Under the pieces are notes generated by a model that made no database searches, was not told the origin of the DNA, and worked only from the letters and a program-made list of their open reading frames with translations. Positions 26,882 through 38,943 of a stretch of DNA of 64,000 bases are shown in pieces; position 1 is the first letter of the stretch; every line of letters begins with the position of its first letter. The stretch comes from a virus. Lineage: Duplodnaviria > Caudoviricetes. The translations under genes were made by a program, and so were the position numbers. The stretch is from IMG/VR virus record IMGVR_UViG_3300021255_000054; one strand, 5' to 3'.

Positions 26882-27829
26882 TTACTCTGCGATAGAACCG
26901 ATGTCATCTTCAGTCTGACCCGCAGTACCACTAGCAATATTGTAACGAACTAGCTTCATCATTTCGTTTTCACCAGCATCGTTAGTAGAACGTAATACGT
27001 TTAGAGTCATTTCAAATGTAGAAGGATCGCCTTCAGCCTGTAGAGTAATAGTAACATTGCTCTGTACCTTAGCCTTGTTAATAACGAACTGGAAGGGTTC
27101 ATCCTTACCAGTTTCCTGAGAACGCATAAAGGTATCACCAACAACTTTATAAGTTCCAGGGAAAGTATCAGGAGAAATTGTTACTTCAATAGCAGTTTCC
27201 TGGCCATCATTGCTTGTTAAGACTTCATCCCAGAAAATACGAATATGGTCGCCTTGTTTAGTAATCTGGTCAATAGGCTGATCAGAAGAATTCTTACCAA
27301 TCATTGCTGGATTTCTAAAATTAATAGCCTTCTGACCAGTAATGCTACCAGTTGTTAACTGTGTACGCCATCCTTGGCTTACATTAATTAAACGAATTGG
27401 ATGATCAGCACTAGCTGTGGGAGTTAATTCTACATCAGTTAAATGATCATGAGGCTTTGGCACTACACCATTAGCTAAACATACAACTTCTTCTGTATGA
27501 CGTACAATAACTGGTTTATTAGCTGCAGGCTTTTTAATAGCACCACCTAACATGAAACGTAAAGATTCTAGAGACATTAGAGCATCTTCTAGAGTAATAT
27601 TAATTTCCTTACCATAGTCCCACTGTACTAGACGAGGATTGCCCCAACCACCCTGGGCTGCGACATTCTCGGCAGTGGTCTCAATGGTGGAAACTTTTAA
27701 GGTATCAAGGTATAGCACAATGTCTCCTTTATAAACGCCAGCAGCAATATCATCTTCTAGCGCTTCAAACTGCACATTAGCTACCTCTTTAATGCCATAT
27801 CTATCAAAAATATTAACATTCTCAGCCAT
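26882..27829 (-). CDS. Major tail (tube) protein
   Basis: Intact 315 aa, no TAG, strong RBS, position between neck genes and TMP; GGWGNPRLVQWD and AEGDPSTF. Confidence 0.75.
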   Translation of the reverse strand: MAENVNIFDRYGIKEVANVQFEALEDDIAAGVYKGDIVLYLDTLKVSTIETTAENVAAQGGWGNPRLVQWDYGKEINITLEDALMSLESLRFMLGGAIKKPAANKPVIVRHTEEVVCLANGVVPKPHDHLTDVELTPTASADHPIRLINVSQGWRTQLTTGSITGQKAINFRNPAMIGKNSSDQPIDQITKQGDHIRIFWDEVLTSNDGQETAIEVTISPDTFPGTYKVVGDTFMRSQETGKDEPFQFVINKAKVQSNVTITLQAEGDPSTFEMTLNVLRSTNDAGENEMMKLVRYNIASGTAGQTEDDIGSIAE

Positions 27830-27850
27830 AAGAGTTTACCTCCTAAATAA

Positions 27851-28627
27851 TCATGATTTATCGGAGCTAGCAATTGAGCGCATCCAATGCTTAAGCTACG
27901 ACTTCTTCAATTTTGCTCCGGCGAGCGCCGCCGAATTATTTATATTAAACTAATCACGCCATCCCATCCGCTTTAGTTGGTCATGAAAAGCATAATAACT
28001 AATATCCCAAATATTGTGTATATTTAGGCCGCAATTATTTATTGTAATACTACCAATAAGATCAGATAATTTTAAGTCCGTGCCATCTTTGGCACTCTAT
28101 TTAGCTTTTGCTCTACGTACTTTTTCTCTATTTTCGCGCATTTTTTGTTTTAACCGTTTAGTAGGTAATGGATCATCTGGATAAATAATAATCTCATCGC
28201 CCTCAACTTCAATAAAATACATTCTGCGTAATAATCGCTGTAAATCATAGTATAACTCTTCAGTTATAATACGTTTATCAGTAAGCGGGCCGATAAATAT
28301 ATTCGGGGGATCTAGAGAAAAAGTAATTTCTTCATGAGTAAAGAACATAAAAGCTTCTTTCATATTTGTATTAATAGTTGGATCTAAACTTGCCATCAAT
28401 AGTATAAACTAATAGTCTGTTAAATCATCCATTAACTTCTACATTTCTTTATCTTTTTCTTTTCTAATAGGCTTAGTAGATGTAAGTACAGATAAATAGG
28501 TCTAAAACTTATCATATCCTAAATCAACAATCTATCCTAAAGTTGCAGGATAAACTGCACATACATCTTCTAATAACACTGGACTGCCTTTTAAAAACTT
28601 TAATACTTCGGTATCAGTTAAATTCAT
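27851..28627 (-). CDS. Hypothetical neck/tail-region protein (TAG=Gln)
   Basis: ATG 28627 to TGA 27851 in frame with fragment 28097..28399. Confidence 0.65.
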
Positions 28628-29120
28628 TAATCTAATACACCATCGAATAACCGCCTATCCAAGGGGTTAAAGTTAAGGCATCCGCGCGCACAAAAGATAA
28701 AGTACCAATTCCTGCCATCTGCGCCTAATTGAATGTATTATCAATTTCCTACATTAATAGGTAAGGGCGCAATGAATGTTCACTTAGCATCCATTCTTCA
28801 TATGGGCAAGCAATATCAAATCGTAATGTAGAAATTTTAAAATCTGGATTTAATGGATTTACAATAAAATTAGAGAACACAGCTACAATGTAGGACATTT
28901 TCTCTGTACTATCATCAAATACTTTTGGCACGATTAATATTTGTTTTCCTAATAAATCCAATCCATCAATATCAGGATACTTTTCTTTATCAAAAGGATC
29001 CCGCACCTAATATTTAAGTAATCTACAAATATTCTGATTCTTCATAATTTTATTGGCAATATTAAAAGCATTTGTACCCATTACGGCGAATCTTCTCTAA
29101 CTCGGTTGCTAAATAGCCAT
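28614..29120 (-). CDS. Putative tail completion/terminator protein (TAG=Gln)
   Basis: GAGGTG RBS, ATG 29120, includes fragment 28749..29006; function from gene order only. Confidence 0.55.
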
Positions 29121-29130
29121 ATTATTCACC

Positions 29131-30375
29131 TCACCATAATGGAACTATTTTTATTGTTTTTGAATATTCAATATTGTTGTAAGTGGCATGTAATATTACT
29201 GTTCCTAATCTATTATGATTATTAGCTTTAATTATGCAACTATTATTTAATTGCTAGCCACTATTATTACGATTAGGCTCGATAGTTACAATCTTTTTCT
29301 TCTTATCTTCTTCAGATAAAAATTCAATAGTAAAGATTCCTTTGTCTAATAAGGCATCTAAACCAATACCATTACCCTATTCATCACTTAAATGATATTC
29401 CTATTGTCGATCTAGTTTAATCGAATCTGGACCATCAATATAAGCAACAAATTCTTCATTAGGTTCATCAATTGTAATCTAAAATTCTTTAGTAACAGCT
29501 TTTCTATCTTTCAGCCGCATAATAACAGTAATTTCTCCTGCTGCTGCGGCATACCACATACCATCATCATTCTACTTTATTAATTCAGATCCATCTTTTG
29601 GCAATAGCTCGATTTCCCATTCATTAAAAGTATTTTCTCCAAAATCTGGAATTAAATAGTCCCCAACTGTATACAGCGGATTAAGAGTAGGAAATGCTAA
29701 TTTATCGGTATCAGCAACATCTACTTCTCTATCATCATACTAATAATTCACTTTACTTTCAGTCAAAGACATATATAAAATACCTTTAACACTAGTAAAA
29801 TCTTGTTCAACCATTTGCCAACCTTCATCTTCAATAATAAAGTTTGTACCACGATTAATTTCTCTTCGTGGCATAATAATTTCGGCATACTTATTTGGCT
29901 ATGGCGTAATTAAATTATGCCAAGTTCTAAAGTTGCCTTTAATTTTATCATCAGTAGAACTACATACATAAGACCAAGATTTTAATAATCTTCCTTTCTC
30001 ATTAATCCATTTAATCTCATAATTACATTTAATAATAGAGAAAGACTAATAAGTGGCATGTACTTTTTCTTCTTTAGATAATAATATCCATTTATTTAAA
30101 GTACCATCATCCTAATACCAATTTAAAATATCACCAACTACAATTGGAATATCATTGGCAACATGTAGTTCCATTAATTTCTTTTCATCTCTATCTTTAC
30201 TAGTTTCTATAATACCACTAAAATAGATTCCTCTTTCAACTGACAAGTTCCATACAGTACAAGGGGAAGATGCCATCCATTTTTCAAAAGCTAAGATGCC
30301 ACTATTTTTTACTCGATCCTACGGATTATCGCCGAAAAAATTTACTCTTGAAAAATAAACATCAAGATAATTCAT
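29131..30375 (-). CDS. Putative head-closure protein with C-terminal beta-rich extension (TAG=Gln)
   Basis: Absent from the track; ATG 30375 with GGAG RBS to TGA 29131; VGDILNW..IIKCNYEIKW..KIVPLW. Confidence 0.6.
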
Positions 30376-30697
30376 CTGGCTACTCCAAGCCGCCAACTAA
30401 ATTAATGCACTCAAAGATATTCTTTCTGAAATATTCATAAGAAAGATATCTAAGCGCACATAATTTACCCATTAGCGGCCACCAGTTAATTGAATTCGCG
30501 CCCAAACCTCTTATTTCTATAATGATAGAATCTAAAAACTTCTACCATTCTCCATCCTTTTCGCGCTCACATAATAAGCCATAAAGCCGCCCTTTTAGCT
30601 TATTCTTATAGCTATCAAAAGTAATATCAGAGATATTGCTTTTTCCCAGCTAATTTTCTAAATATTGTGGCGGGATTCTTTCCACGCGATCTATCAT
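30362..30697 (-). CDS. Hypothetical neck-region protein, start uncertain (TAG=Gln)
   Basis: YKNKLKGRLYGLLCERE..FRKNIFECINL; fills the gap between neighbours. Confidence 0.55.
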
Positions 30698-31121
30698 AGT
30701 CGTCGACACGATCTTGCGTCTCCAAACGTACTGCAGCTTCAAGCTTATTTAATTTATCTAAATGATTTGCGGCGGAAAAGTCTTTTGAGGTATAGAGCTG
30801 TCCAATTTGGTCCCAACTTGCTACACATCTTTTAATCCATTCATGTTTCATAAAAGTAGCAAGTACCTAAATTTCATCATTCGTAAGATCTTCTTTAAAC
30901 TAGTAAAGTTTTAATCCACCACATTCGCCATCCTCGCTATCATCAGCATCGACTTCTTCAAAGTCTAAGCTAATTCGTGGATACTTAAAACGACCTATAG
31001 CCATTTTGAGAAGTTCTTGCCAGTCTCTTTCGATTATAGCTAACTCTTCTTCTAGCATCCATTCATCAGCGGTTATTCGCGCGAGGAAGGCATCATATAC
31101 TTTTAAGAAGGGTGTTGCCAT
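30627..31121 (-). CDS. Putative head-tail adaptor (TAG=Gln)
   Basis: Joins 30900..31130 and 30627..30851 through TAG; TPFLKVYDAFLARIT..DLTNDEIQVLA..KDFSAANHL. Confidence 0.65.
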
Positions 31122-31126
31122 ATTTA

Positions 31127-31567
31127 TCACTTCTCTTCTGCGTCATGCTTTGCAGCAATTGCTTTAATTACATCAACATCGCAATATCTTTTAATTAGGG
31201 CCACAATACCCGCATTGGTGATCTTATGCTCTACAGCAAGAGTAACAGCACTTTCTTTTTCTGCTTCAGTAGCATTAGGAATAAATTTAGCAAAAGCAGT
31301 TACATCACCTTTAACTAACATTTTTTCAATTTCAGAAGCCTCTACTACATTTTCTACGACTTCTACTTGCTATTCTTCTTCAATACCAGTAATTTTTAAA
31401 TAATGTCCATTTACAAGAGACATAAAACCAGGGTCAAAAGTCAGTTCTTCATATTCTTCCTGTGATACAGGAATTTCACGTCCCGGCATTAATTCACGAT
31501 TAAAATGAATATTTGGAATATATAACGAAACTAAATTCGTACTAATATTTTTAATTTTAATAGACAT
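31127..31567 (-). CDS. Hypothetical protein downstream of capsid gene (one TAG)
   Basis: AAGGAGG RBS, ATG 31567; joins 31370 and 31127 fragments. Confidence 0.7.
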
Positions 31568-31635
31568 ATAATTTCCTCCTTTTATCTCCAAAAGAAATCT
31601 GGGAGGGAGAAAAAGCCTCCCTCCCATTATATTAC

Positions 31636-32727
31636 TTAGTTAGTAATTTCGTTTTGAGCTACTACAGCAGCATTTTCGGTTTCCCAACCACTACCCTGAG
31701 ATAAAGAAGCATTGTAATAAATACCCCAATAGTTAGGAGTAGTGAATAGACCTACACCAACCTTTACATAACCCTGTAAAGTGAAGCTATTATCACCTTC
31801 GTGATCATCCCACTCACGGAAGTAAGGAGAACCTTCGAAAGCCATCTTGATAATCTTTTCCTTACCAGCAGGTAATACATAAGCAAAGGCAGGATTGAAC
31901 TGTAGTTTAGTATTAGTTTCATCGGTCCAAGACTGTGGCATTACTACAACAGGAGTGCCATAGAACTTGCCGATGTAGCCGCGATCGCGAACTTCCTGCA
32001 TATCAACATCAGATAGTTTAATGTTGCTAGAATTATAAACTAGAGCATTAACCATTTCTGCCGCAAATTCAGGAGTGCAATAAATAATTGGGCTACCATA
32101 AGGAGCAACAGTGTTGCATAATTTCTTCATAGCAGTAGGATTGAACTGGTTGGTCGCAACCTTATTACGAGTTGGACGGCCAGCAGCATTCCAAGAATTT
32201 AGTAAGCAACCCTGTACCATTTCAAATAGACGATCAACAATACCATCCTGAATGACTTCATAAATATCAGTCATAGATTCTAGACCATCGAGATAACGTT
32301 CGAAATCTACATATCCAGCACCGCCAATAGCCTGAATATATAAATCAAAACGATCACGGTCTAGACGGAAAGTTTCATAGTTACCAGATTCGGTGGCGCG
32401 AGTAACAAACTGCTTACCACGAACCTTACCACGGACTACGCGGAACTCTGGGCGCTGACCCTGAGCATAATTCTTTACTTCAACGAACATATCAAGAGCA
32501 CTCTTGACGTTCTGTGGTAAAACTTCCTGTAGATTTTCTTCTAATAGTTCAAATACATCTTCCTTATTGCGATTGAAGACGTGACGATTGAAGTGTACAC
32601 CATCCTTTGTCATTAGCTTAGCTAATTCATCACGGAGAGCGGCTTCGTAATCATAATTTTCTACTGCAAATTCAGCAGGAACGGCACGACCAAATACGCC
32701 GTTCATTAATATATGTAGCTTATTCAT
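31636..32727 (-). CDS. Major capsid protein
   Basis: Intact, TAG-free, ~363 aa; GGAGG RBS before ATG 32727; follows scaffold and decoration genes; GYIGKFYGTPVVVMPQ segment. Confidence 0.8.
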   Translation of the reverse strand: MNKLHILMNGVFGRAVPAEFAVENYDYEAALRDELAKLMTKDGVHFNRHVFNRNKEDVFELLEENLQEVLPQNVKSALDMFVEVKNYAQGQRPEFRVVRGKVRGKQFVTRATESGNYETFRLDRDRFDLYIQAIGGAGYVDFERYLDGLESMTDIYEVIQDGIVDRLFEMVQGCLLNSWNAAGRPTRNKVATNQFNPTAMKKLCNTVAPYGSPIIYCTPEFAAEMVNALVYNSSNIKLSDVDMQEVRDRGYIGKFYGTPVVVMPQSWTDETNTKLQFNPAFAYVLPAGKEKIIKMAFEGSPYFREWDDHEGDNSFTLQGYVKVGVGLFTTPNYWGIYYNASLSQGSGWETENAAVVAQNEITN

Positions 32728-32741
32728 AAGTCGCACCTCCA

Positions 32742-33380
32742 TTATCCTAGACTTACGATCTGATACTTAACGCCTAAACCGCCGTTAGGTATAGTGTAGA
32801 ATTTAACAACTTTTGCATAAGTTCCAGCAGATGGCTTGGTAGCAGTAATCTGAGGAACAGCAGAACCAGCAACAGCCTTTACATATAAAGGAGTGGTACT
32901 GATAGCTTTTAGAGCATCAATTAATACTTCTTCAGCAGTCTTCTGATTATCACCAGAAGTAACAGCTGCAAATTCAGTATCATCATATTGTAAGCAGTTT
33001 GTAGTCACTGTATCACCTAAGCCGAAGATGCCAACACGAGGATAATCTCCCTTAATCTTGCGGCCAAAGCGTTGTAAACCGTAGTGCATAATATCATATT
33101 CTTTTTCAGTGGTATATACAATACCAATAGGAGAATCAGTTGCAGCAGCAGGGGGATTAATTGCGCCTGCGGCCTTATCAGCAACTACCCACATACCGTT
33201 TTCACAAGGGGTTGCCTTAGTGAAAGCGTCTCCTAGAGGGGTCTGAGAAACAACCATACCAGTCTTTGGGAAGGCTACTTGGTTTAGTTCGAGGCTGGCA
33301 TATAGCTTTTCATCAGGATCGCGATGCTGATCTACTAAGTCACCTACGACATTAGTGATCGGAAATCTCTTCATTCCCAT
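32742..33380 (-). CDS. Putative head decoration / minor capsid protein
   Basis: TAG-free 212 aa between scaffold and capsid genes. Confidence 0.55.
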   Translation of the reverse strand: MGMKRFPITNVVGDLVDQHRDPDEKLYASLELNQVAFPKTGMVVSQTPLGDAFTKATPCENGMWVVADKAAGAINPPAAATDSPIGIVYTTEKEYDIMHYGLQRFGRKIKGDYPRVGIFGLGDTVTTNCLQYDDTEFAAVTSGDNQKTAEEVLIDALKAISTTPLYVKAVAGSAVPQITATKPSAGTYAKVVKFYTIPNGGLGVKYQIVSLG

Positions 33381-33394
33381 AGTTTTTTTCCTCC

Positions 33395-34669
33395 TTAGTT
33401 CTTGCGATATTTTTCCATAAATAACGCGAATTGATCAACAGCGGGCTCTGATAGTGGTACTATTGGTTCTTCACTACCAGCCATTTGCTTATTAGCATAA
33501 CAAATTGCTAATTTACTTTCCAATTCATCATAGCTGAAGTTTGCAGCAGCTTCACGAATTGGATTAATATCTTCTTCTGTTAATAAAACTTCATAACGCT
33601 CTATTAAAGAATTTCTGCGCTCTTCTTCTGCATGAGCGCGTTCTGCCGCATAAGTCGCAATCTCATTACGTAAGCTCGTCTCTACTTCAGATGCGGATGT
33701 TATCTGAGCTTCGAGTTCAGCAATACGATTTTGAGCCTGCTCGTAGTTCGCGGTTAAGCTACGAATTTGTTCTTGAAGTTCATTAATCTGAGCTTCAAAA
33801 TCTACTGCGGGTTCAGCCGCAGGTTCAGGCTCCTCCCTAGAATCATCCTGAGGTTCAGCTGCAGGTTCCTGTGCGCTATCCTCTTCATTAGAGGCAGGTT
33901 CCGTGTTAGCTTCTTCTTCAGCATTGAATTCAGCAGGAGCAGCGGGCTCCTGAATTGCAGGTTCATTCTGCGCAGGAGTGGACTCATTTACTTCGGGATT
34001 CATTTCATTTTCCATTTGATGTTCCCCTCCTTCTGGTTGTCTTTCAGCCTCTTCTACTTGTGCTTTTAAATCAGCCAAAAGTGAAGAGAACTTATCATAT
34101 TGAGATTTATACTGTTCATCCTATTTTGCGAAGAAGGATGAAACAGAGAAACATGGCTCATGTGCTCCGATAATACACAGACCCATGATTTCAGCTTTAG
34201 TATAGACAAAATATTCTTGTCCATCTATATCGGCCCAATCACCTTCGATAGAATTAATATCTAATTCCATAGATTGATTTGAGCCTTTAATATAATTAGC
34301 TTCATCGAAATATTTATTAAATAGCACTACAGAGAATACCGCATAATCGCGAGTGACTCCATCCTTATCTGTAAAAGGTTGCCATCCTTTAAAACTTTCA
34401 ACGTAGCCATAGGCGCTAGCGAGCTTTGGTCCAGTGTGGCTTGCCCATCCTTGAGATTCTGGATCAAAGAATCCAACTACTGGAGTATCGCCCATACTTG
34501 CGCTAGTAATTAACATATCTGCAACATCATCTTTAATATAAGATCCATTGCGATTACCATATTTAGTAAAAACGCCAACATCTAATCTATTCATATTAGA
34601 TGAACCAATTCTCTCAGGAGAAGACATAATTACGGCGTTGTCAAAATAAATTGGTATGTCTCTTTTCAT
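33395..34669 (-). CDS. Prohead protease fused to acidic scaffold (single TAG at 34121; internal start at 34015)
   Basis: GNRNGSYI, NQSMEL, GLCIIG..EPCF protease-type motifs; in frame through TAG with the E/P/A-rich coiled coil; internal GGAGG-ATG. Confidence 0.75.
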
Positions 34670-34680
34670 AATTAGCCTCC

Positions 34681-36222
34681 TCATTGCATTGATTCAATAT
34701 TAGCTGTGGTTTTTTCCGAACGCTCTTCAACACTAAGCGCTGGTCTTCCACCCTTATTATTTATGTTTTTTACCTAAACCGAACCACTACTATTTTTTTC
34801 TCCAGAATTATTTTTTTTGCTAGAATTTTCGTCACCGGATTGAGTATAAGATGATAAAAGTGGTTTCATTTTTTCATCAAGATTTAGGAACTCATTTTCA
34901 AAGTCAATACTGCTAATAAGATTGCGCTGTTTGATACCTAAAGCAATACCAGCCTAGAATTTAGAATAACCATATTGAGCGCCAGATAACCATTGTTGTT
35001 GATATTCTTTTAAATTAAATACTGTTAATGGCAGAATCTCAAAGTCAAATCTTAATCCGGTGCGGCTAAAGCGCGAATTGATTAAATAGCGTACCCAAGT
35101 ATTATACTTCTCTAAATATGTATTCATTAAAGCTTCATTCTTTCTAATTACATATAATAAAGAAGAACTATTATTAGCATTAAATAATAATTGACTATTA
35201 CCTAAAGCCATCCAGGCATTATTATTATATTTCTCTAAGCGTTCTGCTGACTAAGTTGCGGCAGAATTCTCTTGTAAATTTTCTAATGTGGTATCACCAA
35301 ATGTAGTTAAAACATCTACTGTATCTACATCAGCTAACATCTATGCTACACCAGCGTGTATCTGTTCTACTTCATCTAACTCAAATACTAAATGCCCATC
35401 ATTATCAATAGGCATACGCTAAATTAATAATTTATACATTTCATTATCATCACGCTTTTCTTCTCTACCAACAGCATTCTTCTGTTTTAAAATTTCAGGA
35501 ATACTAGCTAATAATAATGGAGTCTAATCAGCAGTAATAGTAAAGGTAACGCCGCCAGAAGAAGAAGGAACCATTACCCACGGATCTTGTTTCTTATTGG
35601 CTTTCCAACGTTTCCACGCATTCTAAATTACTAGAGGGAAATGTTTAATTTCAGCATCGCGCATTTCATCAGTATCATACTTAGTTTCAAAATAACGTAA
35701 GTTAAATTCTAGCACATTTAAATTATTAAAATCTTTATAGCGCGTGCGGCAGAACTCTAAAGGTAAATCCTACATTACTACTTTGCCGTTCAATTCCTAT
35801 AAAATACCATAATATATGCCCGTCTTGAGCCATTCTCTTGTTATATCTCTAAAAGTATTACGTACATCTAATGCTTCAACAAAATTACAAGCATTATAAA
35901 ATGCTTTAATTATTTGTGCTTTTGAACCCTTGCCCTATTCAAATAATGGAGTAACCAATGTATAGTATAATGGTAAAGATGCGAAAAAATCTATATTATT
36001 ATGATATACACCATTAGTACGATAGTAGAAACGAGAAAGTTCTCTCATTGCCGCAAGGTCACCACTACGAATAATTGCGCGAACCTCTTCTTCGGTAAAA
36101 TCTTCATATCGTACAGCATTATTTGTATGGTACCCATATCTGGAGATGCGTTGCCGAGAATCAAGCGGAACATAGTTAATCTTAAACTATGGCGATTTAT
36201 ATAACTATGCAAAATTATCCAT
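34681..36222 (-). CDS. Portal protein, 513 aa (TAG=Gln)
   Basis: Between terminase and protease; AGGAGG RBS; LPLEFCRT, PLLSSYTQSG, GRPAL tail. Confidence 0.75.
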
Positions 36223-36227
36223 AAAAT

Positions 36228-38006
36228 TCACCTCCTATTTTTAGGAGTAAAGAAAGCGTACTAAACAATACTTTTTCTTTTTCTTTTGAAAATTTCTTTA
36301 TCTTCATAATATTTAACCCTATACAATCCATATTCAAGAGCAGAAAAACGGTCTTTTTCTATAGAACGAGAAATTCTTTCTACTTTATACTTATTTTCTA
36401 CCCCAGTAGGCTTAAGCCGCAAATTATTTAATTCATCCATTAAACGTGAAGTCATTTCATATGGTAATAAAAATACACGTCTATCATAAGGTGTCATTTT
36501 CTTACCCTTTTTAGTAGCCATTAATTTATCCTTTACAATACGTTCATGCGCCAAAAATGAAGTAGAACCATTATTGACCGCGCTAAGGAATGCCGCGTGT
36601 ATCTCATCTTCATTAGTCGCACCAGCTTTAATATCATAGATAATAGCATTATATTTAGCTATTGGGTCATCTGCAGGGTCATGCATTTCTGGTGGTAAAT
36701 GGTGATCATTATTAAAGGCAAAATATGCGGGAAAGGTTTCACCTGTTTTTTGATCAAAAGAAGGTAATGCCATTGCATCTAATAAGCCAATACCTGGTCC
36801 ATTACCGTCAATTACAATCTCTCTTGGCTAATATAACTAAATCAATTTTTTAAGACGAGGTGCCTATTCAGTTATATAGTTCGCGCCATTAATGACTTCA
36901 GTATATACGACTTTCTTAGAAAACCGCTATTCACCTGGTAGTACCTTAATAACCATAATAGCTGTATTAGCAGAATAACGAGCAACGTCGCAAGATATTA
37001 AGTACCAAGCATCTTTACAATTCTCATTAATAGTTGCTTGACGTTCACACTTTAATATAGAACGATGTTTATTTAAGCGGCGAGAATCCAGCCACGCATC
37101 TTTACTATTACCAGACCAGATTGATAATGATTCGCGCGCGAATGAATCTTCACTTACGGTATTAGAATAACGTTGATCCATTAAGGTAGCTTTATCCAAT
37201 AATCCATAATGTAAAGGTACCTCATAAGATAGCCCCCACGAGAAGTATTCTTTTGGGCGCAATACTGCATTTACAGTAATTTCAATTAATTTCTAGTACA
37301 TAAATACAGTACGTTCAGCCGCGGTTGTTATGAAAATTTGCGCGGCAGAAGGCTCATTTGGATTCAAGGTACCATCAACTTCGCGGCGAGCAATATTCAT
37401 TTGCGGCCATAAGACTTCGTTGAATGGTATTTCTTCAATTAAGGCAGCTTCTTCCAAAATTGCAGCGGTCGCGCGCAAACCTCTTGAAGTATCTTTAGAT
37501 ACTACAGAAATCATACTTCCATTTTTTAAGAAAATTTCATAATAGTTAGAACTGGATTTAACACCGGTTTTACCATCATCAACTCTCGTAGCTAATTCTT
37601 TACGCAAGAGAGGCCAATGGCGAAATATTTCTTCAAACTTAGCTTCTGCAATTTTAATAACCGTGCCTTTAGTATCAGAAGCAATCATAATAGTAGAACG
37701 TGGTAATAACATTGCGCGCATAAAAGCGCTAAGATACGCAGTAAAGGATTTAGAAGTAGCACGGGTAGCTGTCCAGAAATGATAACGATAGCGCATACTC
37801 GCGCGCAAACTAATTCTCTAAAATGGCATTAAATGAAAATTTTTTGCGTCTTCCTAATCCTAGATCATATCTAATAGAAGGTCAGGATAACGGATCCATA
37901 AATCTAAATATTTAGTAAATAATTCCTCGTTATTATCTAAATATTCGCGCGTTAATACTACACCCTTCTCTATAGGTATACCATCACGCATATACAAATC
38001 ATTCAT
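36228..38006 (-). CDS. terL: Terminase large subunit, 592 aa (TAG=Gln)
   Basis: ATRATSKSF Walker A-like, RGLRATAAILEEA Walker B, SCDVAR, IDGNGPGIG, KDRFSAL; three track fragments in frame. Confidence 0.88.
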
Positions 38007-38943
38007 CTATACCCCCTCCCATCAGTTCGGCGGCAAGATCATCATCACCTTCATATTCAATATCGGCGGTTTCATCAAATTCAACTTTTTCATTTTCAAT
38101 TTCTTCAAGCCGTTCTGTCATATTATAGCGAGCGCGCTTTTCTTCTACTTGTTCTGCAAAGTTGCCTTCATTCATTACAAGTCGTTTTAAGTAGTTCTAA
38201 ATATTTTCCATCATAAAGTCGATGGAGTCTTGTGGTTCTGTATGCCAATTGGGATGCCATCCTTTTTTGCCGTAGTAAACCATTAGTTCTCCAACAGATT
38301 CAAAGTCTGCCGCAGATTTGGCATTAGAAGCTTCAAAATGATAGGTCTTAACAATATCATCAGCTTGCTTCATCATTTTAGAAACATCAACACCCGCGCG
38401 TAAACCTTCTTTAATATGTAACTAAAGTTCACAGAAATCTCGCGCCTTTTCCTATAGAATGGGAGTGGAGACGTTCTAAGTAGCTACAATCTAATTATAG
38501 AAATTATCAAGCCATAATAACTACTCGGGCTTATATGCGGCGCTCCATACTTTCTTTAATTTTTTTAACTTACTCTCAGTTAAAGTTTCAATCTCTTCAT
38601 CAATTGTGCCTTCTTCGCGCGCAAGGCGCCATCTTTCATTTTCATCTTGCCACTATAGTGCGCTATAATGATCATCATATAATAAATTAAAGTAGGCAGA
38701 TAATGTACGCTCCTTATGTTGCGCATAAAGTTGCGTCCATTTATTAAGATCAAAGGGCAAATCTAGCCATCTCATTAACCTATCAACTTCACCTAAATTA
38801 TCCTACTTAACCATTATCTATAAACAATTAGTACAAAATAGTGACCTATGGCCGGGAAAGAAATTAGAAGGCGTATACTAAAATTTTTCTACTGGCAAAT
38901 CCTATCTACATTTAAGGCATTTGCGCAATTTTTTCTCTTCCAT
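37999..38943 (-). CDS. Zn-finger protein upstream of TerL, possible small terminase (TAG=Gln)
   Basis: KCLKC..FCTNC, WLDLPFD, LKKVWS; absent from the track; function from position. Confidence 0.55.
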
